DNA of 41,523 bases from Opitutia bacterium UBA1116 (GTDB lineage Bacteria; Verrucomicrobiota; Verrucomicrobiia; Opitutales; UBA1977): the NCBI GenBank assembly GCA_002313355.1, contig DCBD01000028.1:1-41523 (forward strand), given 5' to 3'. This document shows, piece by piece, positions 9,106 to 19,831 of this stretch (within the stretch, counting starts at the first letter, position 1; the number at the start of each line of letters is the position of its first letter). The position numbers were made by a program, and so were the translations under genes. The notes under the pieces were generated by a model. That model searched no databases and was not told the DNA's origin. It saw nothing but the letters and a program-made list of their open reading frames with translations.

Positions 9106-9909
9106 ATGTCACTCGTTATTAATTCAAACCCTGCAGCTACCACTGCATCGACTAACCTCAATGCAAATAATGCTCTCCTACAAAAGAGCCTGAACCGTCT
9201 TTCTAGCGGTATGCGCATCCAGGACCCAGCTGACGATGCTGGTGGATTAGCTGTATCCATGAAAATGCGTTCTGCTCTTGTTCGTACAGATGCTGTCATG
9301 AACAACGTTTCCAATGCAATTTCCTTCCTGCAAACACAGGACGGTGGAATGGAAACAGCGTCATCCATATTGACACGTATCTCTGAGCTTAAAACATTGT
9401 CTCAAGATGTTACCAAGAGCACCAATGACATCGCTAACTATGAGACTGAGTTCACTGAACTAAAAGATCAGCTGAGCAGCATTATTACTGAAAAGTTCAA
9501 TGGCGTTCCTCTCTTTGGTACTGGTAGCCAATCGAGCGTCAAAACATCCGAAGACGGATCACAGTCAGTTGGCATTACTATTACTAACCTCAATACTAAT
9601 GTAACTGCTATTACAAGTGCTGCAAACCTTGCCGCCATTACTACGATTAGCACGATCACAACGGCTATCCAAAACGTTGCTGGCTCACGTGCTCAAAATG
9701 GCGCTGAAACCAGCCGTCTGCAGTTCGCTAGTGAAATGCTCACGATTAACCGCACAAATCTTGAAGCTGCTAATAGCCGTATTGCTGACACCGATGTTGC
9801 TTCTGAGTCAACGAAGTTTGCTCGCTACAACATCCTCGTTCAGTCCAGCACGGCCATGCTTGCACAAGCGAATGCAACATCGCAAATTGCTCTTAGACTA
9901 TTAGGATAA
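9106..9909 (+). CDS. fliC: Flagellin, minimal (D0/D1 only, 267 aa)
   Basis: RLSSGMRI..ADDAGGLAVS, SFLQTQDG, FNG..LF, RAQNGA..SRL, NLEAANSRIADTDVA, AMLAQAN. Confidence 0.97.
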   Translation: MSLVINSNPAATTASTNLNANNALLQKSLNRLSSGMRIQDPADDAGGLAVSMKMRSALVRTDAVMNNVSNAISFLQTQDGGMETASSILTRISELKTLSQDVTKSTNDIANYETEFTELKDQLSSIITEKFNGVPLFGTGSQSSVKTSEDGSQSVGITITNLNTNVTAITSAANLAAITTISTITTAIQNVAGSRAQNGAETSRLQFASEMLTINRTNLEAANSRIADTDVASESTKFARYNILVQSSTAMLAQANATSQIALRLLG

Positions 9910-9935
9910 TCATTCGCGGGACGCACCTACGTTCC

Positions 9936-9977
9936 CAAAGCAAAAGGCCCCTCTTTTATGAGGGGCTTTTTGCTTTG
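9936..9977 (+). terminator. Strong, probably bidirectional, intrinsic terminator after flagellin
   Basis: CAAAGCAAAAGGCCCCTC-TTTTAT-GAGGGGCTTTTTGCTTTG. Confidence 0.9.
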
Positions 9978-10019
9978 TCTTCTACTGCATTTTAATCTAG
10001 CATTTAAAGATATTGGTTT

Positions 10020-11066
10020 ATGCCAAAGACCTCCCCCTCATGCTCAGCTAACTCAGGCAACCCACTCAATGTTCTCATACTCTCGGTGAGCGCAAAAGGG
10101 GGCCTTGTAAAAGCCTTCCGTGAAAGCTCCAATGCAAATCGCATTGTTGGGGTCGACGCAGACGCTTACGCACCGGCAGGACAGCTATGCGATCGTTTTT
10201 ATACCATCCCCAAACAAACGCACCCTACCTGTCTTGAAAAAATACAGGCATTATGTCAAAGGGAGTCGATTGATCTTATCATCCCCACAAGAGAAGATGA
10301 TATTGCCTTTTTAAACCAAAACCCGAATGTGTTTCAGGCTAAAATAGCCACCTGTTCATCTGAGTGCTTTCACATCTGCAACAACAAATGGGAGACTCAA
10401 GCTTGGCTCACAAAGCATAATTTCCAGGCACCACCTACCCTTCGAGCAGAGTATGCCAAAGCTGACATGCCATTTACGGAGTTTCCATTAATTGCCAAAT
10501 CGCCTACAGGAAGCGGCTCTCGTGGTATTGAGATGCTAAAAAAGCCACAGGACATTCGTAACATCCCAGACCACTGGCTCATTCAACCTCTATTAAATGG
10601 AAACGAATACACACTCAATGCCTACGTAGACATGCAAGGACATTGCGTTACACTCATCCCTCATGCACGCATTCGTGTTCAAGAAGGAGAAGTATCCCAA
10701 GGCCTTACCGTACGCAACCAAGTGCTCATCGAGCTAGGCACTCAAATCGCAGAAGCACTCCCAGGTGCTTACGGGCCAATGACCATTCAAGTATTTTTCG
10801 ATACCCTTTCAAGCCATTTAGCAGTAACGGACATCAACCCACGCTTCGGCGGCGGATATCCACTCGTTCACAGGTCTGGCGCACGCTTTACTGAATGGCT
10901 CATCCAAGAGGCTCAAGGTATGACACTGCCTCACCCTTTTACAGCATGGGAAAATAATCTTATGATTTTACGTTATCGAGAATCTCTTTTTTTTAAAAAA
11001 GATGCGCCTGGCCCCAATTCCCCTAGTGAAAGCCTCCAACATCTAAGCCTTGAAAAAGGTCCTTAA
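10020..11066 (+). CDS. ATP-grasp protein (stand-alone carbamoyl-phosphate-synthase-like family)
   Basis: NVLILS, IDLIIPT, NKW, FPLIAK...GSGSRG, GNEYT, DINPRFGGGYP. Confidence 0.85.
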   Translation: MPKTSPSCSANSGNPLNVLILSVSAKGGLVKAFRESSNANRIVGVDADAYAPAGQLCDRFYTIPKQTHPTCLEKIQALCQRESIDLIIPTREDDIAFLNQNPNVFQAKIATCSSECFHICNNKWETQAWLTKHNFQAPPTLRAEYAKADMPFTEFPLIAKSPTGSGSRGIEMLKKPQDIRNIPDHWLIQPLLNGNEYTLNAYVDMQGHCVTLIPHARIRVQEGEVSQGLTVRNQVLIELGTQIAEALPGAYGPMTIQVFFDTLSSHLAVTDINPRFGGGYPLVHRSGARFTEWLIQEAQGMTLPHPFTAWENNLMILRYRESLFFKKDAPGPNSPSESLQHLSLEKGP

Positions 11067-11085
11067 ATTCATTAACAGAAAGAAT

Positions 11086-11679
11086 ATGCCTGAACTTGTT
11101 GAAACCCCAGAGATCACAGCAGAGCGTGCCCTCGTCATCCGCTGCAATCGCCTACTCGGGTCTGCCTTAGTTGACGCAAACCTGATCTCCAACGATGCAC
11201 TTGAGATCGCCTACGAAAAAATGCGTCAAATGGTTGAGTCTGGAAACTTTGAAAGTGCATCCATACTAACTGCACTTATCTTTGAACAAAAAGCCTTAGA
11301 AGAAAACGAACTCATTGAATATACGCTCAAAAATCATGATGTTGGCCTTATTGACTTACGTCATTATACCTTTGATGAATTACCCAAGGGCTGTGACCTA
11401 AGAAAGTGCTACATGACGTGGACTATTCCTTTTGCCCAAAGAGATGGGTGCTTCTTCATGAGCACAGGTTATTACTTAAGCCCTGCGATTGTATCCTACT
11501 GGGAAAACCTCCTTAATGCTCCCATCTTATGGCACATAAGCTCGATGCGCAGCATCATGATTGCCCTGAAAAAACTATCCAACATTGAAAATAGATCCCT
11601 CCAAGAAGCAGGGCTTGAAAACAAGATAGAACCAACTGAAGAAACACAAACGCTCACCGCTAAACCTAGCCAAAACTAA
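11086..11679 (+). CDS. Stand-alone MshEN/GspE-N-terminal-like protein (likely start MPELV at 11086; track start 11050)
   Basis: NRLLGSALVDANLIS..ALE resembles the RLGxxLxxxGxIxxxxL motif; IDL..Y and TIPF segments resemble T2SSE_N. Confidence 0.6.
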   Translation: MPELVETPEITAERALVIRCNRLLGSALVDANLISNDALEIAYEKMRQMVESGNFESASILTALIFEQKALEENELIEYTLKNHDVGLIDLRHYTFDELPKGCDLRKCYMTWTIPFAQRDGCFFMSTGYYLSPAIVSYWENLLNAPILWHISSMRSIMIALKKLSNIENRSLQEAGLENKIEPTEETQTLTAKPSQN

Positions 11680-11682
11680 ATC

Positions 11683-12963
11683 ATGCCTAAAACAATACTG
11701 ATTATCGACGACGACCATGATTTCTGTAGTTTGCTTGCCGATGTTTTTCAGCAAACGCATCACTCTATCATAGCAAAAGAAGACCCTAAAGAAGCCTTAA
11801 AATTTCTTGAGGAAAACCAAGTTGACCTGGTAATCACTGATGAAAAAATGCCTGATATCACAGGCATGGAGCTCATTCAGCAAGCTAAAGAAAAGTACCC
11901 AGATCTTCACTTTATTGTCGTATCGGCATATTTAAATACTGAGAAAGTCCGCAAACTCATCAACGAAGGCATTGGAGGGGTTTTCGTAAAACCGCTCAAT
12001 ATATTTGGCTTACTCAAGTGCGCTAAAAACCTACTCACAAACAATGAGCCTCCAGAGCAAGAGGTTAAGGCAGCGACCAAGGAAAATGAAGTAGACCTCC
12101 CCTTTGCATTCAAATCCATGCCTTGCAAAGCTCAAGCATCTAGGGACTTCGCCCTCAAGCTTCACGAACGACGTAACTTCAAATCAAGTCTTATATTAAT
12201 TGGTGAAAAGGGACTGCCCTATCAAACCATCAGTCAAGACCTGGAATGCTTTGGGACAAGCAAAGGCTCTCTATTTCAAACATTTGAGCCCGAGGATATC
12301 TCTGAGGAAAGCATCAAAAAGGCCTTTCAAGCAGCAGAGCAAAAGCAATGTTCAGAACTTACGCTATTTATTATTGAGGCAGAAGAGCTGTCACATCAAC
12401 AGCAGGATTTAATTTTTGAGCTTCACAAGAAAACAGGACCCTTTGCAAACGCTACCTATGATGCTCGTTTTGTTTTCTGCATTCACCAAGATATTGAAAC
12501 TGCCTACGAGCAAGGTATCATCCAAGACAGTCTCTACCTCATCATGGGCAGTTCTGAGCTAAAGGTTCCTAGTCTCAACGATTGCAAAGAGGATATTACA
12601 CCCCTTACAGAACAATACATCACTGCGATCAATGAAAAACACGCAGGACAATCCTTCACCCTAACTGAGTCTGCCACACTAGCCTTAAAAGAACATCGGT
12701 GGAGGCGAAATCATGAAGAGCTTGCAGGATGTATAGAGATTGCATGTATGGAAGCGAAGGGAGCCTCATTCATCACAGAGGACAATATTAAAGATGCTCT
12801 AAAAGGAGCCCATGAAGATCTGCGTGAAACCCTTAAACTCCGAATAAAGTCTTACCGCAGTGACTATGCTGGAGCTGCTGTAGTATTATCTGATGGTGAG
12901 CCTAAAAAAGCAGCTAAACTACTGGATATATCGACGGACCTACTAAAACACATTTCTGACTAA
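11683..12963 (+). CDS. Response regulator with degenerate sigma54-activator AAA+ domain and remnant Fis-type HTH
   Basis: Intact receiver ([17 protein letters not shown]); Walker A is GEKGLPY, Walker B is FIIEA, GAFTGA absent, WRRNHEEL replaces WPGNxREL. Confidence 0.85.
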   Translation: MPKTILIIDDDHDFCSLLADVFQQTHHSIIAKEDPKEALKFLEENQVDLVITDEKMPDITGMELIQQAKEKYPDLHFIVVSAYLNTEKVRKLINEGIGGVFVKPLNIFGLLKCAKNLLTNNEPPEQEVKAATKENEVDLPFAFKSMPCKAQASRDFALKLHERRNFKSSLILIGEKGLPYQTISQDLECFGTSKGSLFQTFEPEDISEESIKKAFQAAEQKQCSELTLFIIEAEELSHQQQDLIFELHKKTGPFANATYDARFVFCIHQDIETAYEQGIIQDSLYLIMGSSELKVPSLNDCKEDITPLTEQYITAINEKHAGQSFTLTESATLALKEHRWRRNHEELAGCIEIACMEAKGASFITEDNIKDALKGAHEDLRETLKLRIKSYRSDYAGAAVVLSDGEPKKAAKLLDISTDLLKHISD

Positions 12964-13016
12964 ATATTAAGCTTGTACTTGTATTTCAAAGAGCACACTT
13001 ATCAAATATAAAGATC

Positions 13017-14027
13017 GTGAAAAAAACGCTGTCACACATATCCGACGTTATGGAGTATGAACTCGTTCGGATCATTGCTGAAGGAGGCATGGGCATCGTT
13101 TACGAAGCGCTTCAAAAAGGTGTGGATGAATTTCAAAAACAGGTTGCCATAAAAATCATCCGCGAAGAATTTTCATCCATCAAGGAGTTTCGAGAAAACT
13201 TTAATGGAGAAGCTCGCCTCGTTGCAGACCTCATTCATACAAATATTGTCCAAACCTATCACCTCGGCGAGGTAGATGGCCAATACTATATGGTCATGGA
13301 GTATGTTAGCGGTGACAGTATGGAAGAATTCTTCGTCCACCACCTCGAAACGGACCAATACGTCCCAGTAGAACTAGCAGTATTCATTGTATCTCGATTA
13401 TGCAGAGCTCTTGCCTACGCACACACAAAACGGGATCGCAGAGGAAGGCCCTTAGGCATCGTCCATAGAGATGTAAACCCAAAGAACATCCTACTCGCAG
13501 ATGAAGGCGCCGTAAAACTTACTGACTTTGGTATCGCAAAAGCACGCAACCTCATGTACAATAAGGAAGGCGAAGTCATTGCAGGAAAAGACGAATACTT
13601 ATCTCCTGAACAAGCGCGCATGGAGGTTACAGACCACAGGGCTGATCTTTTTTCCTGCGGCATTATTCTCTCCGAACTGCTACTTGGCTATCACATTTTT
13701 GAAGAGCGAGACCCTGAAGAAACTCGCAAAAACATCCTCACAATGGATCTTCCTGACTTTACAGAGCTTCGGGATGAAATCGACCCCGAGCTCAATGCTA
13801 TTTTACACAAAGCACTTGCACGGCCTCGAGAAGACCGATATCAATCTGCTGAGAAAATGCTCACAGCACTCGAGCTACACCTTTATCGTGATGGCTATGG
13901 TCCAACTAATGAAAAAATGGCCATCTATCTAAAAGATTTGTACGGGAAAAAAGGGCATAAGGCTGCAGAACTTTGGGCCAAGAAATTTGGCACCCCGCGC
14001 AAAGAAAAGGCATTAGCAAAAGCATGA
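13017..14027 (+). CDS. Soluble Hanks-type Ser/Thr protein kinase
   Basis: [37 protein letters not shown]; no TM or sensor domain. Confidence 0.95.
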   Translation: MKKTLSHISDVMEYELVRIIAEGGMGIVYEALQKGVDEFQKQVAIKIIREEFSSIKEFRENFNGEARLVADLIHTNIVQTYHLGEVDGQYYMVMEYVSGDSMEEFFVHHLETDQYVPVELAVFIVSRLCRALAYAHTKRDRRGRPLGIVHRDVNPKNILLADEGAVKLTDFGIAKARNLMYNKEGEVIAGKDEYLSPEQARMEVTDHRADLFSCGIILSELLLGYHIFEERDPEETRKNILTMDLPDFTELRDEIDPELNAILHKALARPREDRYQSAEKMLTALELHLYRDGYGPTNEKMAIYLKDLYGKKGHKAAELWAKKFGTPRKEKALAKA

Positions 14028-15469
14028 GTACGCTTGGATTTAAGCAAGTACAAAAGCTCTCTCAAACGCAGGTTCTTGCGCCACAACTACGCCAGTCTCT
14101 TAAAATCCTTCAAGCCCCAGCACTGGAGCTTCGAGACGTCATCCTAGAAGAACTGGAAACAAACCCGGTCCTCGAAGAACTCCCCATGGCTGGGGTCAGC
14201 ATTGAAAATGCGGAGGCATCTCCTCAGAATAAAGATGAGCGTGAAAGCTCTGAAGAAATGAACTTTGATGAGGATTACCGTATTCTTCAACAACTCGATG
14301 AAGACTGGCGCGAACACTTTTCTGAAGAGAAGCAACAATACAGCTACTCTAGTGAGGATGCCAGCAGGCGAGAGCATATGCTTAATTCTCTCGTAAGCGA
14401 AACCTCCCTACAAGACCATCTCATCCAACAGGCTGACATGGCCAATCTCACAGAAGGCGAGCGTACAGCATTTACTTATCTTATTGGAAGTCTTGACGAT
14501 CACGGCTTCCTTACAACTTCTCTCGATGAAATAGCCACACTTGCTGAAATCCCTTTAGAATCTGTCGAAAGCGCGTGCGAATTACTCAAACGCTTGGACC
14601 CACCTGGCCTTGGCTGCAAAAATATTCAAGAGAGCCTTCTCTATCAACTTAAGCTAACAGGTAAAGAAAACACCCTTGCCACCACCATCCTCAAAGACCA
14701 CTACAAGCTCCTTTTAAGGCGACGCATACCGGAATTAGCCAAACACACAGAACACAGCATTGACCAGGTGCAAAAAGCCCTTGAACTCATTGCCACACTG
14801 GATCCTTCTCCTGGCCGAAAATTTGCAGAAGATACTAACCGTATCGTTATGCCCGATGTTCGCATTCACAAAGATGATGGCACCTGGAGCATCGTACTAG
14901 AAAATGAATACATCCCTAAACTTCGCTTAAGCCGCATTTACAAGGACCTAGTAGCCCAAGGCAAAGTCGACGCGAAAGAACAAGAATACATTCGAGATAA
15001 GATTCGCTCAGCCAAACACCTCATACACGCTATCGAACAGCGTCAGCAAACACTCGAGCGTATTACCCAAGAAATACTCAAACACCAAGGTGACTTTTTT
15101 CACAAAGGTGTCTCCGCCCTGCACCCACTCAAAATGAGCGAAATTGCTGACATATTGGGTATTCACGAAACAACCGTCAGCCGAGCCATCGCCAACAAAT
15201 ACATGGAGACGCCCCATGGCGTTGTCCCCTTCAAGTTCTTTTTTACTTCAGGCTACACCAAGGGTGATGGTGAGGCTCTTGCAAATACTTCTATTAAGGA
15301 CGAAATTGCTCATATCATTGAAGCAGAAAACCCTAAGAAACCCCTCAGCGATCAGAAAATAGCCAACATACTCGCCGAGCAAAATATCGATATCGCACGC
15401 AGGACGGTTGCAAAATATCGAGAAGAGTTAGGCATTTTACCAACCAACCTCAGAAAGCGCTACGATTAG
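14024..15469 (+). CDS. rpoN: RNA polymerase sigma-54 factor (start at ATGA overlap with kinase stop; track start 13973)
   Basis: Q/L-rich region I ([11 protein letters not shown]), HETTVSRA, RpoN box [10 protein letters not shown]. Confidence 0.98.
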   Translation: MSTLGFKQVQKLSQTQVLAPQLRQSLKILQAPALELRDVILEELETNPVLEELPMAGVSIENAEASPQNKDERESSEEMNFDEDYRILQQLDEDWREHFSEEKQQYSYSSEDASRREHMLNSLVSETSLQDHLIQQADMANLTEGERTAFTYLIGSLDDHGFLTTSLDEIATLAEIPLESVESACELLKRLDPPGLGCKNIQESLLYQLKLTGKENTLATTILKDHYKLLLRRRIPELAKHTEHSIDQVQKALELIATLDPSPGRKFAEDTNRIVMPDVRIHKDDGTWSIVLENEYIPKLRLSRIYKDLVAQGKVDAKEQEYIRDKIRSAKHLIHAIEQRQQTLERITQEILKHQGDFFHKGVSALHPLKMSEIADILGIHETTVSRAIANKYMETPHGVVPFKFFFTSGYTKGDGEALANTSIKDEIAHIIEAENPKKPLSDQKIANILAEQNIDIARRTVAKYREELGILPTNLRKRYD

Positions 15470-15510
15470 TCGATCTTGACGCAAAGTAATAATTCGCCCT
15501 TCATAAGAGC

Positions 15511-16185
15511 ATGAAACAACTTCACGATGCATGCTGCCTTGTGATCGACGCAAGCGGGTCAACCGTCTTTGTAGGCATCTGTCAAAAGGGCACATGGCTT
15601 AGCCTAGAGAGCACCCAACTTCCTGCGCTTGAATCTATACCTCAACTTCTAGAGTCAGTATTCGAGCGAGCCAAGCTCACGCTCAACAACATTGAATGCA
15701 TTCTTGTTTGTTCTGGCCCAGGCTCCGTCCTAGGCACTCGAGTTGCAGCAATGACAATTCATGCATGGCAAGCTGCCAATACACTGCCTCAAGCAACACT
15801 CTATCAATACGAAAGTCTCACGATTCTAGCAGCTCAATTAGAATACGCACAAGAAGCAGCTTACCCATTCCACATTATCAGTGAATCGCGCAATAAGCGC
15901 TGGAACCTCCTTAGCATTTTAGCACCCTCTCAATACCTGGCTATTGAAGAAGTTGAAAGATCTCGACTTGAAGAGCTAACAGGTGGCATCTTTTACCTTC
16001 CTCAAGCAAAACGCAATAAGGACCTCCCTGAAAAGGCATCTCCCACTGAATACACCCTTACCAAACTTCCTCAACTTTTAGGCAAAAAAGACATCTTAAA
16101 GAAAATTGAAAAACCTGAGCCTTTTGCTCACAGTGCACCTCGCTATCATGCCTGGACAGCCGAACGCCACCGCAAACCAAGTTAA
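15511..16185 (+). CDS. tsaB: tRNA threonylcarbamoyladenosine biosynthesis protein TsaB-like (divergent)
   Basis: LVIDAS N-terminal strand and GPGSVLGTRV (cf. GPGSFTGLRI). Confidence 0.75.
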   Translation: MKQLHDACCLVIDASGSTVFVGICQKGTWLSLESTQLPALESIPQLLESVFERAKLTLNNIECILVCSGPGSVLGTRVAAMTIHAWQAANTLPQATLYQYESLTILAAQLEYAQEAAYPFHIISESRNKRWNLLSILAPSQYLAIEEVERSRLEELTGGIFYLPQAKRNKDLPEKASPTEYTLTKLPQLLGKKDILKKIEKPEPFAHSAPRYHAWTAERHRKPS

Positions 16186-16908
16186 TCAAGAACTGTGCAA
16201 AAAGCAGTAACCCAAAGTAATAAGAAACAATGTAGATGCATCACTTCCAGCATGCATATCTTCTGCTGCATGAACAGGGGCAGGCTCATCATCAGCTTCT
16301 CTTATTTCCCGCTGAACAAACTCACTCACTCGAGTAAAGATCGATCTTACGCGAAGCAAAGCGTTTAAAAGATCGGCATCAAGAAAAAGATTCTCATCAA
16401 CCTCTTGGTTGGCGTAGTCTCCTACTCTACTTTGGACCCAATAAAGCAAGTCATTTATGTGAGCCTCTATACTTACAAGATCCGCATGAGTGAGCGACTG
16501 CGCGTACTCTGTGATAGACTGCCCTCCCTCAAGATCACCGAACTCAGCTTCGCGAAGCCGCCTATAAAGCCCTGAATTTGGATCTACATTTCTCAATTCA
16601 GTGGGCGGAGCAATATCATCCAAATCGCCATGATGACCATCGTGGCGCAGCATGTGAACTATTCTCAAGGCAATTAACTCCGTTGCTCGGATTTGAGCTT
16701 CAAAAAAATTTCCAGAAATCACAGAATCAAACCCCAACCTTTGATGAAGATGAACTAATCGGATACAAAGGACCTTAGCACACTCAAGGGGTGTCCAATC
16801 ACTACCTCGATCTTCTTCAATAACAACCGGAGCACTCCACCCAATGCCTCCCCATGAAGTAAACACAAACCCGATAGACGCCATACAAGCAAAGAAAAGA
16901 CCTTTCAT
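16186..16908 (-). CDS. Orphan exported protein
   Basis: 240-aa ORF with N-terminal signal-like segment and hydrophobic C-terminus; no family recognised. Confidence 0.65.
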   Translation of the reverse strand: MKGLFFACMASIGFVFTSWGGIGWSAPVVIEEDRGSDWTPLECAKVLCIRLVHLHQRLGFDSVISGNFFEAQIRATELIALRIVHMLRHDGHHGDLDDIAPPTELRNVDPNSGLYRRLREAEFGDLEGGQSITEYAQSLTHADLVSIEAHINDLLYWVQSRVGDYANQEVDENLFLDADLLNALLRVRSIFTRVSEFVQREIREADDEPAPVHAAEDMHAGSDASTLFLITLGYCFLHSS

Positions 16909-16994
16909 ATCGAAAAAACTCTAAAGCATTCAATACTAGAAAGATCCTATCCAAACAACCTTTTTATCTGACAACAAAATTGACCCTCCTGAGC

Positions 16995-17023
16995 TTGACC
17001 ACAGACAATCCACACCCTAGGCT
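16995..17023 (+). promoter_or_regulatory. sigma70-type promoter of ferredoxin/ffh
   Basis: TTGACC-N17-TAGGCT. Confidence 0.45.
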
Positions 17024-17071
17024 CCGCGATTCCTATTATTTCTAAAAATTTATCACTAAAATTAATTTACC

Positions 17072-17377
17072 ATGACATACGTCGTTACCGAAAAATGTGT
17101 CGACTGCAAATTCACCTACTGCGCAGCTGTTTGCCCAGTTGAAGCATTTCACGAAGGTGAAAACATATTATACATCAATCCAGACACTTGCATCGACTGC
17201 AACGCTTGTGTACCAGAGTGCCCTGTCGAAGCCATTTTGGCGGATGTTGACGTTCCCTCAGAACTTGAGTCTTGGATTGAAATTAACGCCCAAGAAGCGG
17301 AGAAGCACCCCGTCATCATAGACACCAAAGAACCTCTTCGCGGCTCAAAATGTGTAGACCCTAACGCCGATCAATAA
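17072..17377 (+). CDS. fdxA: Ferredoxin, FdxA type
   Basis: MTYVVTEKCVDCKFTYCAAVCPVEAF..INPDTCIDCNACVPECPVEAI. Confidence 0.93.
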   Translation: MTYVVTEKCVDCKFTYCAAVCPVEAFHEGENILYINPDTCIDCNACVPECPVEAILADVDVPSELESWIEINAQEAEKHPVIIDTKEPLRGSKCVDPNADQ

Positions 17378-17418
17378 AAACACCAAAATCATTTAAAGTT
17401 TAAAAATAAAGAACACCT

Positions 17419-18774
17419 ATGCTCGAAAGCCTCAAAGACAGAATGGGCCAAGCCTTGCGCAGCCTCCGCGGAATTAGCAAGCTAACCGAAGAAAATATGG
17501 AAGAAGCTTTGAAAGAAGTGCGTACAGCTCTTCTTTCTGCAGATGTTCACTTTAAAGTTGCTCGTGACTTCGTCGAACGCGTCAAAGCAGCTTGTATCGG
17601 CCAAGCAGTTTTACAATCTGTCACCCCAGGTCAGCAGATCATCAAAATCATTCACGATGAGCTGGTCACTCTCCTAGGCGAAGGAAGCACTGAGCTCTCG
17701 GGAAAACGCCCTCTTCGGATTTTGCTCGTCGGCCTTCATGGCTCTGGTAAAACAACAAGCACAGGCAAGCTTGCTCATCACTTGCGCAAAAAAGGCTACA
17801 AACCAGCACTCATCGCTTGTGACGTCTACCGCCCTGCAGCCATTGACCAACTAGAAACCATCGCCAACAAGGAAGATTTTCTCTTTTTCGCAGATAGAAA
17901 CACCCAAGATGTCCCTAACATCGGCAAACAGGGTCTTCGGTTTGCACAAGATGCCGCTGCAGACGCTATCCTTTTTGATACAGCAGGCCGCTTACAGATA
18001 GACAATGACCTCATCGAAGAAATTAAAAAACTTCACCAAACCATCAATCCTGACGAAATTTTCCTCGTTGCAGACAGCGCCCTTGGGCAAGAGGCGGTTA
18101 ACGTTGCGAAGCATTTCCATGACGCTGTTGAGCTAACAGGCATTATTTTGACAAAACTTGATGGAGATGCCAGAGGCGGAGCAGCCCTCTCCATGAAGTC
18201 AATCACAGGCGTCCCAATCAAGTTCATGGGTGTAGGTGAAAAAGTCGATGACTTCGAGCGCTTCCATCCAGACCGCATGGCCCAACGCATTCTAGGAATG
18301 GGCGATGTCGTTTCTCTTGTTGAGCAAGCTCAAGAAAAACTTGATCACGAAGAAACCGAGCGTCTTGCTCAAAAGCTCCGCAAGGCAGACTTCACACTAG
18401 AAGACTTTCTAGCCCAGCTTCAGCAAATGAAAAAACTAGGGCCATTAAATTCTATTATGGAAAAACTACCCGGCATGGGAGATGTCTCTATTGGCGACAA
18501 GGAAACCAAGCAACTCGCCCAAACCGAAGCCATCATACAGTCCATGACCCCTAAAGAGCGCAATAGCCCCCAAATCTTAAACGGCAGCCGCCGCATGCGG
18601 ATTGCAAAGGGATCAGGCGTTCAAGTCAAAGATGTCAATGCTCTCCTCAAGCAATTTACACAAATGCGCAAAATGATGAAGTCAATGAAGGGAGCTAAAG
18701 GCAAAAAGATGATGCAAAAGATGGCAAACATGGGAGGGGGCAAGATGCCAAACTTCCCTGGAATGGGATTCTAA
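17419..18774 (+). CDS. ffh: Signal recognition particle protein
   Basis: [39 protein letters not shown], Met-rich M domain. Confidence 0.98.
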   Translation: MLESLKDRMGQALRSLRGISKLTEENMEEALKEVRTALLSADVHFKVARDFVERVKAACIGQAVLQSVTPGQQIIKIIHDELVTLLGEGSTELSGKRPLRILLVGLHGSGKTTSTGKLAHHLRKKGYKPALIACDVYRPAAIDQLETIANKEDFLFFADRNTQDVPNIGKQGLRFAQDAAADAILFDTAGRLQIDNDLIEEIKKLHQTINPDEIFLVADSALGQEAVNVAKHFHDAVELTGIILTKLDGDARGGAALSMKSITGVPIKFMGVGEKVDDFERFHPDRMAQRILGMGDVVSLVEQAQEKLDHEETERLAQKLRKADFTLEDFLAQLQQMKKLGPLNSIMEKLPGMGDVSIGDKETKQLAQTEAIIQSMTPKERNSPQILNGSRRMRIAKGSGVQVKDVNALLKQFTQMRKMMKSMKGAKGKKMMQKMANMGGGKMPNFPGMGF

Positions 18775-18865
18775 GCCCTTACATAGCAGGGTAATTAGAA
18801 AAAACGACCTTCTTCAGAGGTCTTATTTGACAAAGCGTTAAAACCAAGCATTCTCAGATGCCGTA

Positions 18866-19759
18866 ATGAAGGTTATAAGAGCTAAGAGTGCTGGGTTTTG
18901 CTGGGGGGTTGAACGTGCCATAGACATTGCTCGAGATATTGCACGCACCAAGGAAAAGCCCGTATTCACAGACGGCCCTCTGATCCATAACCGCCAAATG
19001 GTTGCTGAGCTCCAAGGAGATGGTATTCGAGATGTTGGGGACTACCAAAGCCAACAAGACCTTCGCCTCAATGAACAAGAAAAAGAAAATAGCGTCATTT
19101 TAGTCCGCGCTCATGGCATCTCTCCCGAGCGTCGCAAATACCTCAAGGGCATAGGCATGCAATTTAAAGATGCCACTTGCCCAGACGTGGGCATCATCGC
19201 CGGCAAAATCCGTATCCATGCCAAAAAAGGCTATAGCACCGTCATATTCGGAGACCCTAAGCATCCTGAGGTCATCGGTCTCATGGGTTATACAGAGGGG
19301 CAAGGTCATGTTGTCCAAACAATTGAAGATATCAATGCACTTCCCCATCTAGGCGATAAGGTCTGCATGGTTTCCCAATCAACCATGTTCACCCACGAAT
19401 TTGAAGAGCTATCTAAGCGCTTAAAAGAACGCTTCCCTGAAACCCTTATTTTTGACACCATCTGCGGAGCCACCAAAGAACGTCAATCTGAAGTTATCAC
19501 GCTTAAGCAAAAAGGAGCTGAGGCTATTGTTGTCATTGGCGGTAGGCACTCTGCCAACACCTGCAAGCTTGTCGCTCTAGCACGCTTACAAAATATCCCA
19601 ACCTATCACATCGAAACAGCTGCAGAATTAGAAGTAGAAGCAATGTCCCAGTACACCGCTGTGGGTGTCACCGCAGGAGCCTCTACTCCAGACTTTTTGA
19701 TTGATCAAGTCTGCGAAACGCTCAAACAAATAGAACCTGCAGCTACAGCAAAGGCCTAA
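18866..19759 (+). CDS. ispH: 4-hydroxy-3-methylbut-2-enyl diphosphate reductase
   Basis: AGFCWGVERA, LIHN, RAHG, DATCP, DTICGAT, SANT, VTAGASTP. Confidence 0.97.
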   Translation: MKVIRAKSAGFCWGVERAIDIARDIARTKEKPVFTDGPLIHNRQMVAELQGDGIRDVGDYQSQQDLRLNEQEKENSVILVRAHGISPERRKYLKGIGMQFKDATCPDVGIIAGKIRIHAKKGYSTVIFGDPKHPEVIGLMGYTEGQGHVVQTIEDINALPHLGDKVCMVSQSTMFTHEFEELSKRLKERFPETLIFDTICGATKERQSEVITLKQKGAEAIVVIGGRHSANTCKLVALARLQNIPTYHIETAAELEVEAMSQYTAVGVTAGASTPDFLIDQVCETLKQIEPAATAKA

Positions 19760-19831
19760 GCGCACCTGCTTCTACTTTTTACGTTTTGTTTTTTATTGAA
19801 AAACAAAATGCGCTTATTACATCCTTCAGCC

